Shown here piece by piece: positions 42,766 through 53,386 of a stretch of 59,154 nucleotides of DNA (positions are counted from its first letter, which is position 1; every line of letters begins with the position of its first letter). The stretch is taken from positions 1 to 59,154 of IMG/VR virus record IMGVR_UViG_3300005326_000009. One strand, 5' to 3'. A model generated the notes under the pieces. That model was not told the origin of the DNA. It did not search any database and saw only the letters and a list, made by a program, of their open reading frames with translations. A program made the position numbers and the translations under genes. The stretch is from a virus (lineage: Duplodnaviria > Caudoviricetes).

Positions 42766-45753
42766 GACTACCGCGTCTATATGAACCCTCCCCTCCGCTG
42801 TGGCAATGACAACAGACTGTTCCTCTGTGGTAACTACAGGTAGTCTCTCCCTCGTGAGAATGACCACTCCCGCCACATGCACGGCAATAACCGGATTCCT
42901 TTCCGCTACCAGAATGGTATAGACCTTGTGCGCACTCCCCGCGAGACAATAAAGACTTGCCGTTCCCGTGAGCGTTGCTATCCCCGTGGGATATGTTTCC
43001 CCGCTTACGGAAAGTGTAGCTACTCCTGAGAGTAAGCCACCAGTCAGAAGGAGATGGACAGCACCACAGGACACCTCCCCCTGACCAGTGACCGTGCAGT
43101 TACCAAGATAGACGTGAATATCGGTAACTACAACTGTTGCCTCTCCCGTGAGAGAAGCAGAGCCGACTAATATATATTCCGTATGGGCAAGGACTTCCGC
43201 GACACCAGTGAGGCTACACCCGCTCTCCTGTACGCGCGTACCCGCACACGCAAGCGCACACGTACCCGCGCAGGTACTCGCGCCCATGCGCACATACATA
43301 GCCACACAGACCACGCTAGCCGCTCCTGTGGCGAGAGCAATGCCCGTGAGAATAGCTTTTCCGCTTGTGGCTACATTCGCCGCACAGAGAGCCGTACAGG
43401 TACCGTATTGCGTAAACGTACAGAATGCCGAAAGCGTAGCCGTAGCCGATACCGAGACAGCCGCAACATAGGACTCATTACCAACGGTTGTTACGGTTGC
43501 CGTACTAAGAACTGTGCTTGTTCCTTGTTGCACACGTAAGCCGCTTACCGTGAGTGTCGCCGCTCCCGCGCAGGTTCCCCCACTTACCGCAAGGACTGCG
43601 CCTACTGCGGAGAGTGTTGCCGTAGCCGAGAGCGTACTACCTGCGGAAAGGTATTTATTGCCGCTACATGCCACGTTAGCCGCGCAGGTGACGTTAGACC
43701 CTGCCTCTTGTATTCTCGTTGCGCTACACGCCACAGAGGACGAAGCAACGAGGTTTGAACTCGCGAGATACAACGGGGAAGCCGAACCCACTAAGTTAGC
43801 CGTTCCCGCCAGGACACTGCTACCTGTGTAGGCATGGGTAGCTTGCGCCGTGACGGTTGCCGCTCCTGCCAGCGTAACTACCCCTGTGGCAAGGAGCGAA
43901 CAAACCGCTACAACTTCCGCGTTCCCAGTAGCAATTATGCTTGTAGCCTGTAGCCGAGTACCGATTACCGAGACACTGGTAACCTCGCTACAAGCAGCCG
44001 AGGCATAGCCTATGACCATAGCCGAGGCATTGACCGTTGTTGCGCTATCGCTAGTGGCTGTGCTATGATGTACGCGTACCGCAGAAATCGTAACGGTTGC
44101 TTCGTTTACACTGGCAATAGTGCCAAAGGGGGAGCGTAAACCCTGCGCCGTTACGTCTGCGGTACTGGATACCGAAGCGCTAGCGAGAAGAGTTATAAAC
44201 CCTTCGCACGAAACGCTAGCAGAGCAAGGCAGCGTAGCCGTACCACCGGTAGCATACTGTGCTGTAGCTGTGAGAGTCGTACCAGAGGTACTGGCTACGC
44301 TGCCAAGCTTTAACCCATACCCACTGACCCCTACCTCAACCGAGCTACTAAGCGTTGCCGTGCTAGCCTGAATACGAATTGCCGCTACCGAGAGGAAGGA
44401 TTCCCCTAGTAGGGTAGCGCTTCCCGCGTCTTCCGCTTTCCCTTGTACCGTAACAGTCGCCGCTCCCGCCAGGGAAGCAGAGCTTACCACGATACCCTGA
44501 ATAACAAGAGTAACCGTTGCTGTCCCCAGGAGGGTAGCACCGCTCTCCTGTACACGGCTCCCGCTTACGGTAAGAGACCCCACTCCCGAGAGCGAAGCAA
44601 TCCCCACCGCGACAATATCCCCATGTATCGCTGTTGTTGCCGCGCAAGGGAGCGTAGCGGAGAAGGGTTGTACTCTGACACCGCTTACTGAGAGCGTAGC
44701 CGCTCCCGCGCAGGTAGAGACCCCATGATAAATCTTTCGTGCTTGCGCCGTGAGGGTTGCCGAACTGGTTACCGTGACAGTACCAACGGCGATAAGTCGC
44801 GCGTGTACCGAAACAGTCCCCTGCCCAAGCGAGGAACACACACCAACCGCTATAGCTTGGGCAGAGGAACTGATTGCCCCCGTAGCGGTAAGCGTTGCAG
44901 ACGAGACCAGGATAGGAGAGGCTACAGCCGCTAGGCCCCCTGCCCCTGTCATGCTTCCCGCTCCGAAGACAAACCGACGAGCAGCAGCCGTAACAGAGCC
45001 TTCCCCTGTCAGTACGGCAGACGATTGATAGAGTTGTGTGCCATTTGACGTACAATTCGCCGTACAGTCAAACGTTGCTGTCCCATGTTGCACTCGCACA
45101 CAGGCACCGCTTACACTCGCTGAGCCGCTAAGGGAAGCAGTACAATGCCGCTCTACTAAGATAGCAAGAGCCGTTGTTGCTACTCCATTCAATGATAGCG
45201 CTACTGTCTTTACCAAGTCAGCCGAGACAGTCAGCGTTGACGAGCAAGGGAGGGACAAACTGCCCGTGTCAACGGCCATTCCTACGGCAGTAAGGTTAGC
45301 TGTGGTATCACAAGTGGAAGTTCCCCCGGCGATACGGTGAGAGATAACCGGTAAGACTTCCGCTCCCCCACTGAGCGAGGCAGTGTTACCGACATAGATA
45401 GCATCTCCCCGACAGGAGAGGGAACTCACTTCCCCACAGGTAATAATTCCCCCCACAAGATAGACAGCCGAAGCGGTACAAGTTGCCACACTGTCAAGGA
45501 GTGCTGAGTTAAGAAAGACCTTGGTTGCCGTAGTGGTGACGGTACCCGTAGCCGATAAAGAAGTAGCTCCTCTGACTACCCAGTTACCCTGCGCCGTGAC
45601 GGTTGCCGCTCCCGCCAGGGTTGCCGTTCCTTCTTGTACCGTTCCTGCGGAGGGTAAAGGGGTAGACGAGCCGAGGGGAATCCCCTGCACAAAGGTGGGG
45701 ATTCCCGAACTACCGAGCAGAAAGTAAGGTTGTCCACTGACAAACTTGGGCAT
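42760..45753 (-). CDS. Long repeat protein (about 20-aa Ala/Thr/Ser/Gly/Cys-rich repeats), putative fibre
   Basis: Dozens of G.ATL.G.AT(V/L)...G-like repeats over 997 aa. Confidence 0.7.
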   Translation of the reverse strand: MPKFVSGQPYFLLGSSGIPTFVQGIPLGSSTPLPSAGTVQEGTATLAGAATVTAQGNWVVRGATSLSATGTVTTTATKVFLNSALLDSVATCTASAVYLVGGIITCGEVSSLSCRGDAIYVGNTASLSGGAEVLPVISHRIAGGTSTCDTTANLTAVGMAVDTGSLSLPCSSTLTVSADLVKTVALSLNGVATTALAILVERHCTASLSGSASVSGACVRVQHGTATFDCTANCTSNGTQLYQSSAVLTGEGSVTAAARRFVFGAGSMTGAGGLAAVASPILVSSATLTATGAISSSAQAIAVGVCSSLGQGTVSVHARLIAVGTVTVTSSATLTAQARKIYHGVSTCAGAATLSVSGVRVQPFSATLPCAATTAIHGDIVAVGIASLSGVGSLTVSGSRVQESGATLLGTATVTLVIQGIVVSSASLAGAATVTVQGKAEDAGSATLLGESFLSVAAIRIQASTATLSSSVEVGVSGYGLKLGSVASTSGTTLTATAQYATGGTATLPCSASVSCEGFITLLASASVSSTADVTAQGLRSPFGTIASVNEATVTISAVRVHHSTATSDSATTVNASAMVIGYASAACSEVTSVSVIGTRLQATSIIATGNAEVVAVCSLLATGVVTLAGAATVTAQATHAYTGSSVLAGTANLVGSASPLYLASSNLVASSSVACSATRIQEAGSNVTCAANVACSGNKYLSAGSTLSATATLSAVGAVLAVSGGTCAGAATLTVSGLRVQQGTSTVLSTATVTTVGNESYVAAVSVSATATLSAFCTFTQYGTCTALCAANVATSGKAILTGIALATGAASVVCVAMYVRMGASTCAGTCALACAGTRVQESGCSLTGVAEVLAHTEYILVGSASLTGEATVVVTDIHVYLGNCTVTGQGEVSCGAVHLLLTGGLLSGVATLSVSGETYPTGIATLTGTASLYCLAGSAHKVYTILVAERNPVIAVHVAGVVILTRERLPVVTTEEQSVVIATAEGRVHIDAVVM

Positions 45754-47186
45754 TATGCCACCGTTATCACGAAGTCAGAGAAGTAACTCACATGGTTAGC
45801 CGTATTATCCTGCGCGTAGAGGGTCAACGTCAAGAGGTCATCCTCCGCAAGGACAGCCGAAACGGTAAGCTCCTGCCAAGTATTAGAAGCAGCCGTATTA
45901 GTCGCCGTTTGTGTGGTAATACTCCTACCGCTCAGGATAACCTGTGGCTTGGTCGTTGCGTTTACCCACTTAGTCTGCACCTTCACGGTAACCGTATCAC
46001 CAGCCTTACCCGCTACGTTGAATTGATACTGACCAGCAAGCAGTATCTTAATACCAGGAGCAGCCGTCTGATAATCCCCCGCAGTAAAGGATACTTGTGT
46101 ATTCGGTTGCTCGTATGGCCCTATATCGCATGTACTACTAGCAGGTTCGTGTGGCCGTCCAAGTATATCATTGGTAGGGTCATAGGTATTGTTACCGACA
46201 TCTCGCAAACCTGTCAGTACAAGTAGCGGTTCAAACGCCTTGACGAGCAGCATATAGCTTTCCATGTGGAGGAAGTAAGCAGCATTACCCACCGTAGGCA
46301 ATCCCGTGTAGTTAGCGTCTGCCGTTTCCCGCAGTGTGTTACACTGGTAAGCAAGACAACTTGTGACCGTTGGCTTATAAGTTGAGCTACTATTTGAGTA
46401 ACCGTAGCCACAGTTCAGGGAAGCGCAGTTAACCCACGAAGGAGGGCTTGCCGCTCCATTCCAATAGAACCCACGCTGATTAGCCATTGCTACGCAGTTA
46501 TACATAGTACCACTTGCTGCACTCCAAAAACCGTAAGCTCCCCCGATAGCTAAGCAGTTCCTTGCTGTGGTAAAGTTACGAAAGCCCCCGTTTAGCCCAC
46601 CAAAGCCAATGCATCCGTAGTAGTTAGCACCATAGCCAGCATAGTTACCACCAAAGAGGATAGAGTCATAGACATCACAAGCCCCCGCTCCTGCCTCTCC
46701 CCCAACGAGGATGCTGTTATATATCTGCCCCCCAACGGCCATTCCTCGCCATGTACCGATAGCAACACAGCGATTGACGGTAATATTGTCATAACCATTA
46801 ATTGCCGCATAACTACCTGAGGCATCGCTCGTTCCGTCAATGAATAAATCGTAAATGTCAATATATTGACGAGTGCCAAAGTCCCATACGCAAGAACCGC
46901 TTTGTGCTGTCTCGTTGGCATCGCACCGAGTTACCCGCACTACTCCCGGTTTATCGTTCGTAAGGTACCTTGCCCCAGGGTCACCATAGAACTTGATTCG
47001 CGCTCCCGCGTTACCCGAGACTGCCATTGTTACTGCTTCTCGGTAAGTCCCAGGTCCGATATATACGACATCGCCTGCCGCTATACCAGCCGTGATAAGA
47101 CTCCCGATAGTCGCCTTGGCATTGACTACGGAATGCGCGTCATTGGCATCATTGCCGTTCTGTTGAGAGATATAATGGTTAGCCAT
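45753..47186 (-). CDS. Right-handed beta-helix (pectin-lyase fold) virion protein / putative depolymerase, paralog B
   Basis: YIS...G.D.N....AGDVVYIGPGTYRE N-terminus; DIGPYE; C-terminal carbohydrate-binding-like domain. Confidence 0.7.
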   Translation of the reverse strand: MANHYISQQNGNDANDAHSVVNAKATIGSLITAGIAAGDVVYIGPGTYREAVTMAVSGNAGARIKFYGDPGARYLTNDKPGVVRVTRCDANETAQSGSCVWDFGTRQYIDIYDLFIDGTSDASGSYAAINGYDNITVNRCVAIGTWRGMAVGGQIYNSILVGGEAGAGACDVYDSILFGGNYAGYGANYYGCIGFGGLNGGFRNFTTARNCLAIGGAYGFWSAASGTMYNCVAMANQRGFYWNGAASPPSWVNCASLNCGYGYSNSSSTYKPTVTSCLAYQCNTLRETADANYTGLPTVGNAAYFLHMESYMLLVKAFEPLLVLTGLRDVGNNTYDPTNDILGRPHEPASSTCDIGPYEQPNTQVSFTAGDYQTAAPGIKILLAGQYQFNVAGKAGDTVTVKVQTKWVNATTKPQVILSGRSITTQTATNTAASNTWQELTVSAVLAEDDLLTLTLYAQDNTANHVSYFSDFVITVA

Positions 47187-47427
47187 TGCTCTTCATTCCA
47201 TCCTCTTTACCCCTACGGTAAGCGTCATTTTCCTTCAGACAGCTAACCTCTTGGGATAAGTCCTTAAGCAAACCTGACTGTTCTCTGATAAGTGTAATCA
47301 GTTCTTGCAAAGCTGAGGTATTGTTTTGGATAACCTTAAACACCTGACCAACTACCCACAGTAGTGAGCCGATAGCTAAGGCACCAATGCCATACTCTGC
47401 CATCTTGAGAATGCTTAACGGCTCCAT
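47179..47427 (-). CDS. Small single-TM coiled-coil protein (holin-like)
   Basis: EYGIGALAIGSLLWVV...IQNNT.AL pattern. Confidence 0.5.
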   Translation of the reverse strand: MEPLSILKMAEYGIGALAIGSLLWVVGQVFKVIQNNTSALQELITLIREQSGLLKDLSQEVSCLKENDAYRRGKEDGMKSNG

Positions 47428-47431
47428 GATA

Positions 47432-48395
47432 TTAGCTCCATGTAGGCGTAGTGATATTCGTATTCAAGGTTGGCGCATAAGATACTGCCGAAGTGACGAC
47501 TCCCCCTGAACAAACAAGCTTTGACAACGGGATGTAATACGGACCCCCGGTAAATGTGGTAGGGCTTTGTGAGACACCAATACTAGCATCCGTAACACGG
47601 TAACCAGGAGCAACAGAGGTAGCACTTACCAGTAAGCGCACATAATTGCTTGCATTATTGACTAAGGTAAGTGGAGTAATGGCGTCTACGTAAACAAAGT
47701 GACCGAGAACAACGGCATACCCGGTTGATATGCGGTAGTCAAGACCACCAAAGTTTACGTAGCCCAAGCCACTAATAACGAAACCGTATCCACCGGAGGC
47801 ACCGCGACAAAAGCCCTGCATCATACGTTGGAAGTAGTTTTCCGAGAGTACCTGTCCTCTCCCTCCCCCACCAATGTCAGCCTCAGTAGGCCATACGACA
47901 ATAGCCATGATATTACCCCACTGCCAAAGTAATTGTCCAAGAGTAGAGAATAGCGTTGTTTGCCGTCTTCTCTACGGGAGTATAACCAATACGAGCAACC
48001 AATACCTGTGTAAGGTCATTGAACGAGGTATTGGTGAATAACCCTGCTTCCTTGAGAGTCTTTCCCAAGGTGTCTGTATCACCGCTCGGGAGATAGTACT
48101 CAACCAACATATCGTTTCCTGTAACTGAGAAACGGGTAACCCTACCCTGCATTAGCTCAGACACTAACTCGGTATCCCCGTCACTAACTGAACCATCCCC
48201 CCCGTCACCGATTGCGAAGTAATACAAGGTCTTGCCCGATAGACCAGCAATGCGGTTAAGCATCCAAGTTCTTCCTGCCGCTACCACACGGTTAGAAACA
48301 ACCTCCTCGCGTACCAAGTTACCAAGCTCAAACACGCTGATTCGGCAACGTCCTATAATGTTGAGGTTCCCATAAAGGGCTACGTTATCCATCAT
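47432..48395 (-). CDS. Two minor tail/baseplate proteins (47432-47908, 47913-48395)
   Basis: N.VV..GR...AIGDG......DTEL..E...EAGLF...KT motif in 47913; G.VISGL...G.A...G motif in 47432. Confidence 0.65.
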
Positions 48396-48406
48396 TATAC
48401 TCCTTA

Positions 48407-50257
48407 CTAGGTAATCTCACAACGACTAACGAGCGAGGCACCGATAAGATACGGATTAAGACTGCTGTCTCGCTCAGTAATAGTAATGCTGTCGGTCAAA
48501 GTACCCGTGTCGTTAAACGGACCAACGAACTGCTGAATAACTTCGTCATCTCGTAAGACGAATTGCTTACCAGCCGCAAGGAGCTTCATCCCTGCGAGTG
48601 CTCGGAAGAAGTCCAACCAACTCCCCCGGTACTCTCCATAAACCGCGCGAATAATATAACGCAAGTACAAGCCATGAATATCCCGTGCTGAGATACTGGT
48701 AATCAGGTAGGGTCTATCAGTAATCCCGTAGTCAGGCATAGTAATGTTAATATATTGCCCTGCCCGTAACCCTACAAGGTCAGTCTCGAATGATACCTCT
48801 TCGGCTAAGTTACCATACCGTCGAATAAGGGAGTTAGCCGCGTCTATGCCTTGTTGTAATTCCTCAATTCGGCTATCACTTTCTATATTCTCATAGATAC
48901 CACTCCCCCCTTCGCGTGTGCGCATGGTCGCTTGTTCGGCAGCGTCTTCCTGCATAACGAGCGTTGGGTAGAGTCCTTTATAGGTAATCTGTATGGTATC
49001 AAGGGTAGTCAAGGACGGCCAAAGCTGGCTGTCCTCATTCTGACTAATCTCCTTTTCCCCTACCGAATAATACCAGTCAGCATCAAGGTTATCGCTACCG
49101 CGTACCGCGACTATCTGAGTTACCCCATTGACGGTAATTCGGTCAGGCGTCTTTGCCAAGGGATAAGCAAGGGTAAAGGTCCGGTTATTGAAGTCACCAG
49201 TAAAGCTCTCGTTTAACGAACCGGTAGTAGCAAAGGAACGAACATACTGCCTATTCCGGTACATATCCCGGCTCTCGGTTGTCGTAAAGTCTTGCACATG
49301 GGCATTGACCCCTGCCACAATATCAAAGGGAGCTTCTATCTGCTCATGGTTAACTACGTGTAGTATCTTAGCGTAGTCAATGTACCATGCAAAACCGGTT
49401 AACTCGCATAGCTCATTAAACGATTCAGTGATAGTCTGATAGTTGAACACTGCCTTGGCAACGATAGGGTCTTCCCCTACCAACACTACGTCACTTGCCA
49501 TGATACCGTCTGCTTGCAAGTAGGTAGTTACCAAGTCCTTGACAATAAAGGAAAGGGTCTTATTGGTATAGACTTTAGCCGCTAGTCTTCGGTCACACGC
49601 TTGGTGCCAATCCACTCCATCGCATTCCATGAGGATAATACCAGACGCTCCTACCGTCTTCTTAGCTACGTGTTCTATTGTTCCCGAGAATTGAATGCTT
49701 ACCCCATTGGTGATATAGAAAGAGTCCCCTACCGCAGGCATAGGGTCAGTACCAATAGGAACGTTAAGCCGCATGTGGCATGTATTCCGTTGGTTCAAGT
49801 CATCGGTAATGTCAAGTGAGTTAGTTGCTAACCAGCCGTTTCTATTAACGTCCTTTAGCCATAGTTGACACTTACCCGCTTGAAACTTGGTACCGTAGAC
49901 AAAGACATCGGCAGAACCAGTGATTGCCACATGGGGGAGACCGAGCACATAACCGTGTGCCGTGAGAGTCGCCACACCGATAAGGTTGTCAGGGTTTATT
50001 GAACCGTATAGAACGTTGCCACTTACTAGGGTTATATTCGCCGTACAAGACAGCGTAGCTGAGCCGTTCTGCCCCCGCACGGTTACCGCTACTGTGGAAG
50101 AACACAGCATGGTAACCGTGCCGATTAGGATAGCCCCTCCTGCTTCGGTTTCTGAGGAGTCTAACCGAGGGTAGATATTATGGTCATGATAGACTGTGCT
50201 AATGTTTCCCGGTAAGACAGGGTTAATCCTACCTTGCCGATTGAACTTAACGCTCAT
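48407..50257 (-). CDS. Minor tail protein (tail-tip hub-like) with N-terminal fibre-type repeats
   Basis: F.G.I, L.ELTG..WYIDY.K.LH, YRNRQYV and GL.AGQ.I motifs typical of post-TMP siphovirus tail proteins. Confidence 0.7.
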   Translation of the reverse strand: MSVKFNRQGRINPVLPGNISTVYHDHNIYPRLDSSETEAGGAILIGTVTMLCSSTVAVTVRGQNGSATLSCTANITLVSGNVLYGSINPDNLIGVATLTAHGYVLGLPHVAITGSADVFVYGTKFQAGKCQLWLKDVNRNGWLATNSLDITDDLNQRNTCHMRLNVPIGTDPMPAVGDSFYITNGVSIQFSGTIEHVAKKTVGASGIILMECDGVDWHQACDRRLAAKVYTNKTLSFIVKDLVTTYLQADGIMASDVVLVGEDPIVAKAVFNYQTITESFNELCELTGFAWYIDYAKILHVVNHEQIEAPFDIVAGVNAHVQDFTTTESRDMYRNRQYVRSFATTGSLNESFTGDFNNRTFTLAYPLAKTPDRITVNGVTQIVAVRGSDNLDADWYYSVGEKEISQNEDSQLWPSLTTLDTIQITYKGLYPTLVMQEDAAEQATMRTREGGSGIYENIESDSRIEELQQGIDAANSLIRRYGNLAEEVSFETDLVGLRAGQYINITMPDYGITDRPYLITSISARDIHGLYLRYIIRAVYGEYRGSWLDFFRALAGMKLLAAGKQFVLRDDEVIQQFVGPFNDTGTLTDSITITERDSSLNPYLIGASLVSRCEIT

Positions 50258-50271
50258 AGTTCTTCCCCCGA

Positions 50272-52863
50272 TTAATCAATATCGGTAAGAATGAAGTAGC
50301 TCATGGAATAAGACTGATTACTTGGGAAGTCCCAAGTACCTGCCGTATTCATGGTTAACCATTCCGTTCCCCCGAATGCTTTCCGCTCAATACACCAATC
50401 AACGTTAAAGGTATACGGTGGGTGTAACTGATAGTAGTTACTTGAGCTTGTACCGCTAGGAGCATCAAACCATAATCGGTATTGGTGTCCATTCGTTAGG
50501 GTAATACTCCCACTTACCGTTACCTCTTTGAAGTGGTCATACTGCGCTGTCCAAGCCGAGGAAGCAGCAAGTAATGCCCCTGATTGTAAGGTTGTTCCTG
50601 CGGTAATATCATCAAGGTGCCAATAGATACCCCCCGTAGGAGAACCCATGCGTATCCAAGCCGTACCTACTTTAAGTAACTGCGCTCCACTTGTGCCATT
50701 CCATGTAAAGCGAACGCCAAACTTACGAGAGCCGTACATCTGTAAAGGACCAGGGGAATCACTCGTACAAGAGTTCATCGGCCAACCTTCCTTAAAGCCC
50801 CCGTCTATCCACATGAAGAAAGCTGTTGGTCCTGCATTATAGGTAGTGCTATCAATCCAATAGCCAGGGTTATTCGTTGACCAAGGTTGCCAAGTAACCC
50901 CACTATCAAAGGACTCGCATAGACGAGCACCATATTCCTTGTACGCTGCCACATGCGGCCAAGGAATATCTTCGCAGGAGAGGGCATTCATTGACCCCCA
51001 GTTAGACGAGTCACTGGTTTTTTGGAAGGTAACCCAGTATTGAGTATCCTTGGCTAAGGTACAGGTAAAACCGGTAATCTCCCACATATGGTCAATGTTT
51101 CCCGGTTGCGCACCGCTTACCGTTCCCCCGGTTAACACCGAACCGGGAGCGGTACCGCTCCCGTTGTCGGCATGAATGCGCACGGTATACGTTCCCCCAT
51201 CCCCCGCATAGTAACCGGTTCCCGTACTACGGAACTGTACGTATAGCCGTGTGAGGTTTCCTGAGTGATTGGAGAAAAAGACAAGCCCTGCCCGTGTGTT
51301 GTTACTGCTTGACCAAGCCGTCCAATTTCCCCTATGCGTACCTTGCACAAGGTTGCCCTTCTTCCAAACCGTGCTACTTCCTCCCCCGGCTATCTCTGTT
51401 CCCGTTGCCGCTACTGTTGCCGTAGCCGTTAGCAGAACGTTACCATACTTGATACCACTCCCTGCGGTAAGTGCCAAAGAGGTCTCAAAGTCTGAGAAGT
51501 AGGCCCATGCTCCCGTATCGGGAACATTGCTCTTACAGACAACCTCAAAAATGGTATCTTCCAAGGCGTCTGCCATAACGGTAAGTCGCTGCCAACCGGT
51601 ACCTCCGCTATGTACCGAGGAAGAGATAGTCAAGCCGTCCTTGCCGCGAATTACAATGGAAGGGGGATTGACAGTTTGGTTAGCATGTTTAGCGAAGACT
51701 GACACGGTAACCGTATTGCCAGCTTCTACCGCTACCTCGAATATCTTCTGCCCCATGCGATGACACTTCCACGCGGGAGGGACAAGGTAGTATTCCCCCG
51801 CAACGCTCGTTGCATCATCGTCTGGTAACTCCCATGCTCCAATACCTACCGTACCGTTCCCAAGAGGGCGAGACCTCCCCAGGCAGTCTACATCGGGAAG
51901 CCAGCTATTATCTCCTGTGCTACGTAACGAAGACGCGCAGGAGTACCAAGGTTCAAGTACCTTGCGCATGTCTGACCAGTCAAAGAATACAGCCCCTCCC
52001 TGAGTAACTGTCCCTACCTCGTATGTCCCCGCTCCCCGCTGAGCCGTGACACAGCTTGAATATAGGCAAAGCGCTCCTACATTAAGTGCGCTTGTTACCT
52101 CTCCATAGTAGCCATAGCGACAGGTAGACGCATAACAACTTGAGCACAATCCTCCGCTTGCTACCGAAGCGTAGAAACCGTAGAAGCAAGTAATAGCCGC
52201 ACAGTTACGACAAGTACAGTCGTCAAAACCAAAGGTGACGGCGATAGCTGAACAGTTAAAGCAGGTAGCTCCCGAGAAACCGGTATCCCCTCCAAAGGCG
52301 ATAGAGTTTTCGTGCGCTCCCGTGTTCCCGCCACAACTTGCCCCTGAGAGGATACACCGCTGTGTCGTTACCCCTCCGGTTACCGCGTTCTGCCCTCCTG
52401 AGACAAAGCAATCCCACAAGGTACAAACGCCATTGACACCGTTCTGCGCTGCCTGAATAGAGCACCGATATATCTCATTACCGATACCCCCTCCTGCTAC
52501 CGTTTGGTCGGAAGAGCCGTCAATGGTCATATCATAGAATAAGTTATAGTTAAGTGCGTTGAGGTTGAGAGCAGCCCCCGCTTGTGCTTGCCAGGAAGCA
52601 TTATACCGTGTAAGGTGGACAGTCCCAGGTCGGTCACTGACCAAGTAGCGGCAGGCAGGGTCTCCCATCCATCGAATCGGGGAAGATGACCCCCCGCTTG
52701 TGGCAATAACAAGTTGTTCACGATATACCCCAGGTCCGATGTATACGGTATCCCCCGCAGCGACAGTACTCGCAGCATGACCAAGTGTTAACCAAGGAGA
52801 GGCTTGACTGGTACCAGGGTTAGAGTCGCTACCTCGCTGAGAGGAGACATAGTAGGTTGCCAT
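50272..52863 (-). CDS. Right-handed beta-helix virion protein, paralog A, with an extra C-terminal domain
   Basis: MATYYVS...GSDSNPGT...PW.TL.HA......GDTVYIGPGVYRE; IGAWE. Confidence 0.7.
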   Translation of the reverse strand: MATYYVSSQRGSDSNPGTSQASPWLTLGHAASTVAAGDTVYIGPGVYREQLVIATSGGSSSPIRWMGDPACRYLVSDRPGTVHLTRYNASWQAQAGAALNLNALNYNLFYDMTIDGSSDQTVAGGGIGNEIYRCSIQAAQNGVNGVCTLWDCFVSGGQNAVTGGVTTQRCILSGASCGGNTGAHENSIAFGGDTGFSGATCFNCSAIAVTFGFDDCTCRNCAAITCFYGFYASVASGGLCSSCYASTCRYGYYGEVTSALNVGALCLYSSCVTAQRGAGTYEVGTVTQGGAVFFDWSDMRKVLEPWYSCASSLRSTGDNSWLPDVDCLGRSRPLGNGTVGIGAWELPDDDATSVAGEYYLVPPAWKCHRMGQKIFEVAVEAGNTVTVSVFAKHANQTVNPPSIVIRGKDGLTISSSVHSGGTGWQRLTVMADALEDTIFEVVCKSNVPDTGAWAYFSDFETSLALTAGSGIKYGNVLLTATATVAATGTEIAGGGSSTVWKKGNLVQGTHRGNWTAWSSSNNTRAGLVFFSNHSGNLTRLYVQFRSTGTGYYAGDGGTYTVRIHADNGSGTAPGSVLTGGTVSGAQPGNIDHMWEITGFTCTLAKDTQYWVTFQKTSDSSNWGSMNALSCEDIPWPHVAAYKEYGARLCESFDSGVTWQPWSTNNPGYWIDSTTYNAGPTAFFMWIDGGFKEGWPMNSCTSDSPGPLQMYGSRKFGVRFTWNGTSGAQLLKVGTAWIRMGSPTGGIYWHLDDITAGTTLQSGALLAASSAWTAQYDHFKEVTVSGSITLTNGHQYRLWFDAPSGTSSSNYYQLHPPYTFNVDWCIERKAFGGTEWLTMNTAGTWDFPSNQSYSMSYFILTDID

Positions 52864-52940
52864 AGATACCCCCAAAGAAAACTGCCTACGAGAGGTAAAT
52901 CTCATAGGCAGTATACCTTCGTTACGGCCATTAGTCAATC

Positions 52941-53327
52941 TTAGGCAAGAGTGACCGTCAAGTTACCGGAGAGAATCTTAAACTGGTCTCCCGTGTTGAT
53001 AGTCTTAGAAGCGTCAAGCGCTCCATGATACAACAGGTTACCCAGGGTCAGAGCATCCCGAATACCGATATGGGTAATGGTTCCCCAGTTACCGGTTGCC
53101 ACAGGGAAGGAAATGTCAGCCGAGGTAGAGCTTGACCCTCCCGAGGGAGCAGCAAACGTAGCCGCTTGACGGGCATAGCTTCCACCGCTAACCTCAGTCC
53201 CCGCGTCAGCATCCGTAGGGTCACTCGTATAGAGAGCGACATAGACAGTAGCCGCAGGCGTATAGCCAACGTTCCGCAAGGTCTCGTTTAAGAGTGCGGT
53301 TTCCAAATAGTCAGACATCTTAGACAT
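52941..53327 (-). CDS. Conserved small virion fibre-associated protein
   Basis: MSDYLE..LL......VYVALYT.DP......EVSGG.YARQ...WGTITH.GI.DA...GNLL. Confidence 0.75.
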   Translation of the reverse strand: MSKMSDYLETALLNETLRNVGYTPAATVYVALYTSDPTDADAGTEVSGGSYARQAATFAAPSGGSSSTSADISFPVATGNWGTITHIGIRDALTLGNLLYHGALDASKTINTGDQFKILSGNLTVTLA

Positions 53328-53386
53328 CTGTGTTCCTCCAAAAGCGGTTGGTTTTTGTGGGGAGGGAGTGACCCCTCCCCCGAGTC

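Noticed and set aside
42760-52938. Diversity-generating retroelement acting on fibre genes
   Set aside because: No reverse transcriptase ORF and no TR/VR pair with adenine-specific mismatches was seen.
53358-53381. Hairpin GGGGAGGG...CCCTCCCC as an intrinsic terminator
   Set aside because: No U-tract follows on the coding (minus) strand. It may be an mRNA stability element instead.
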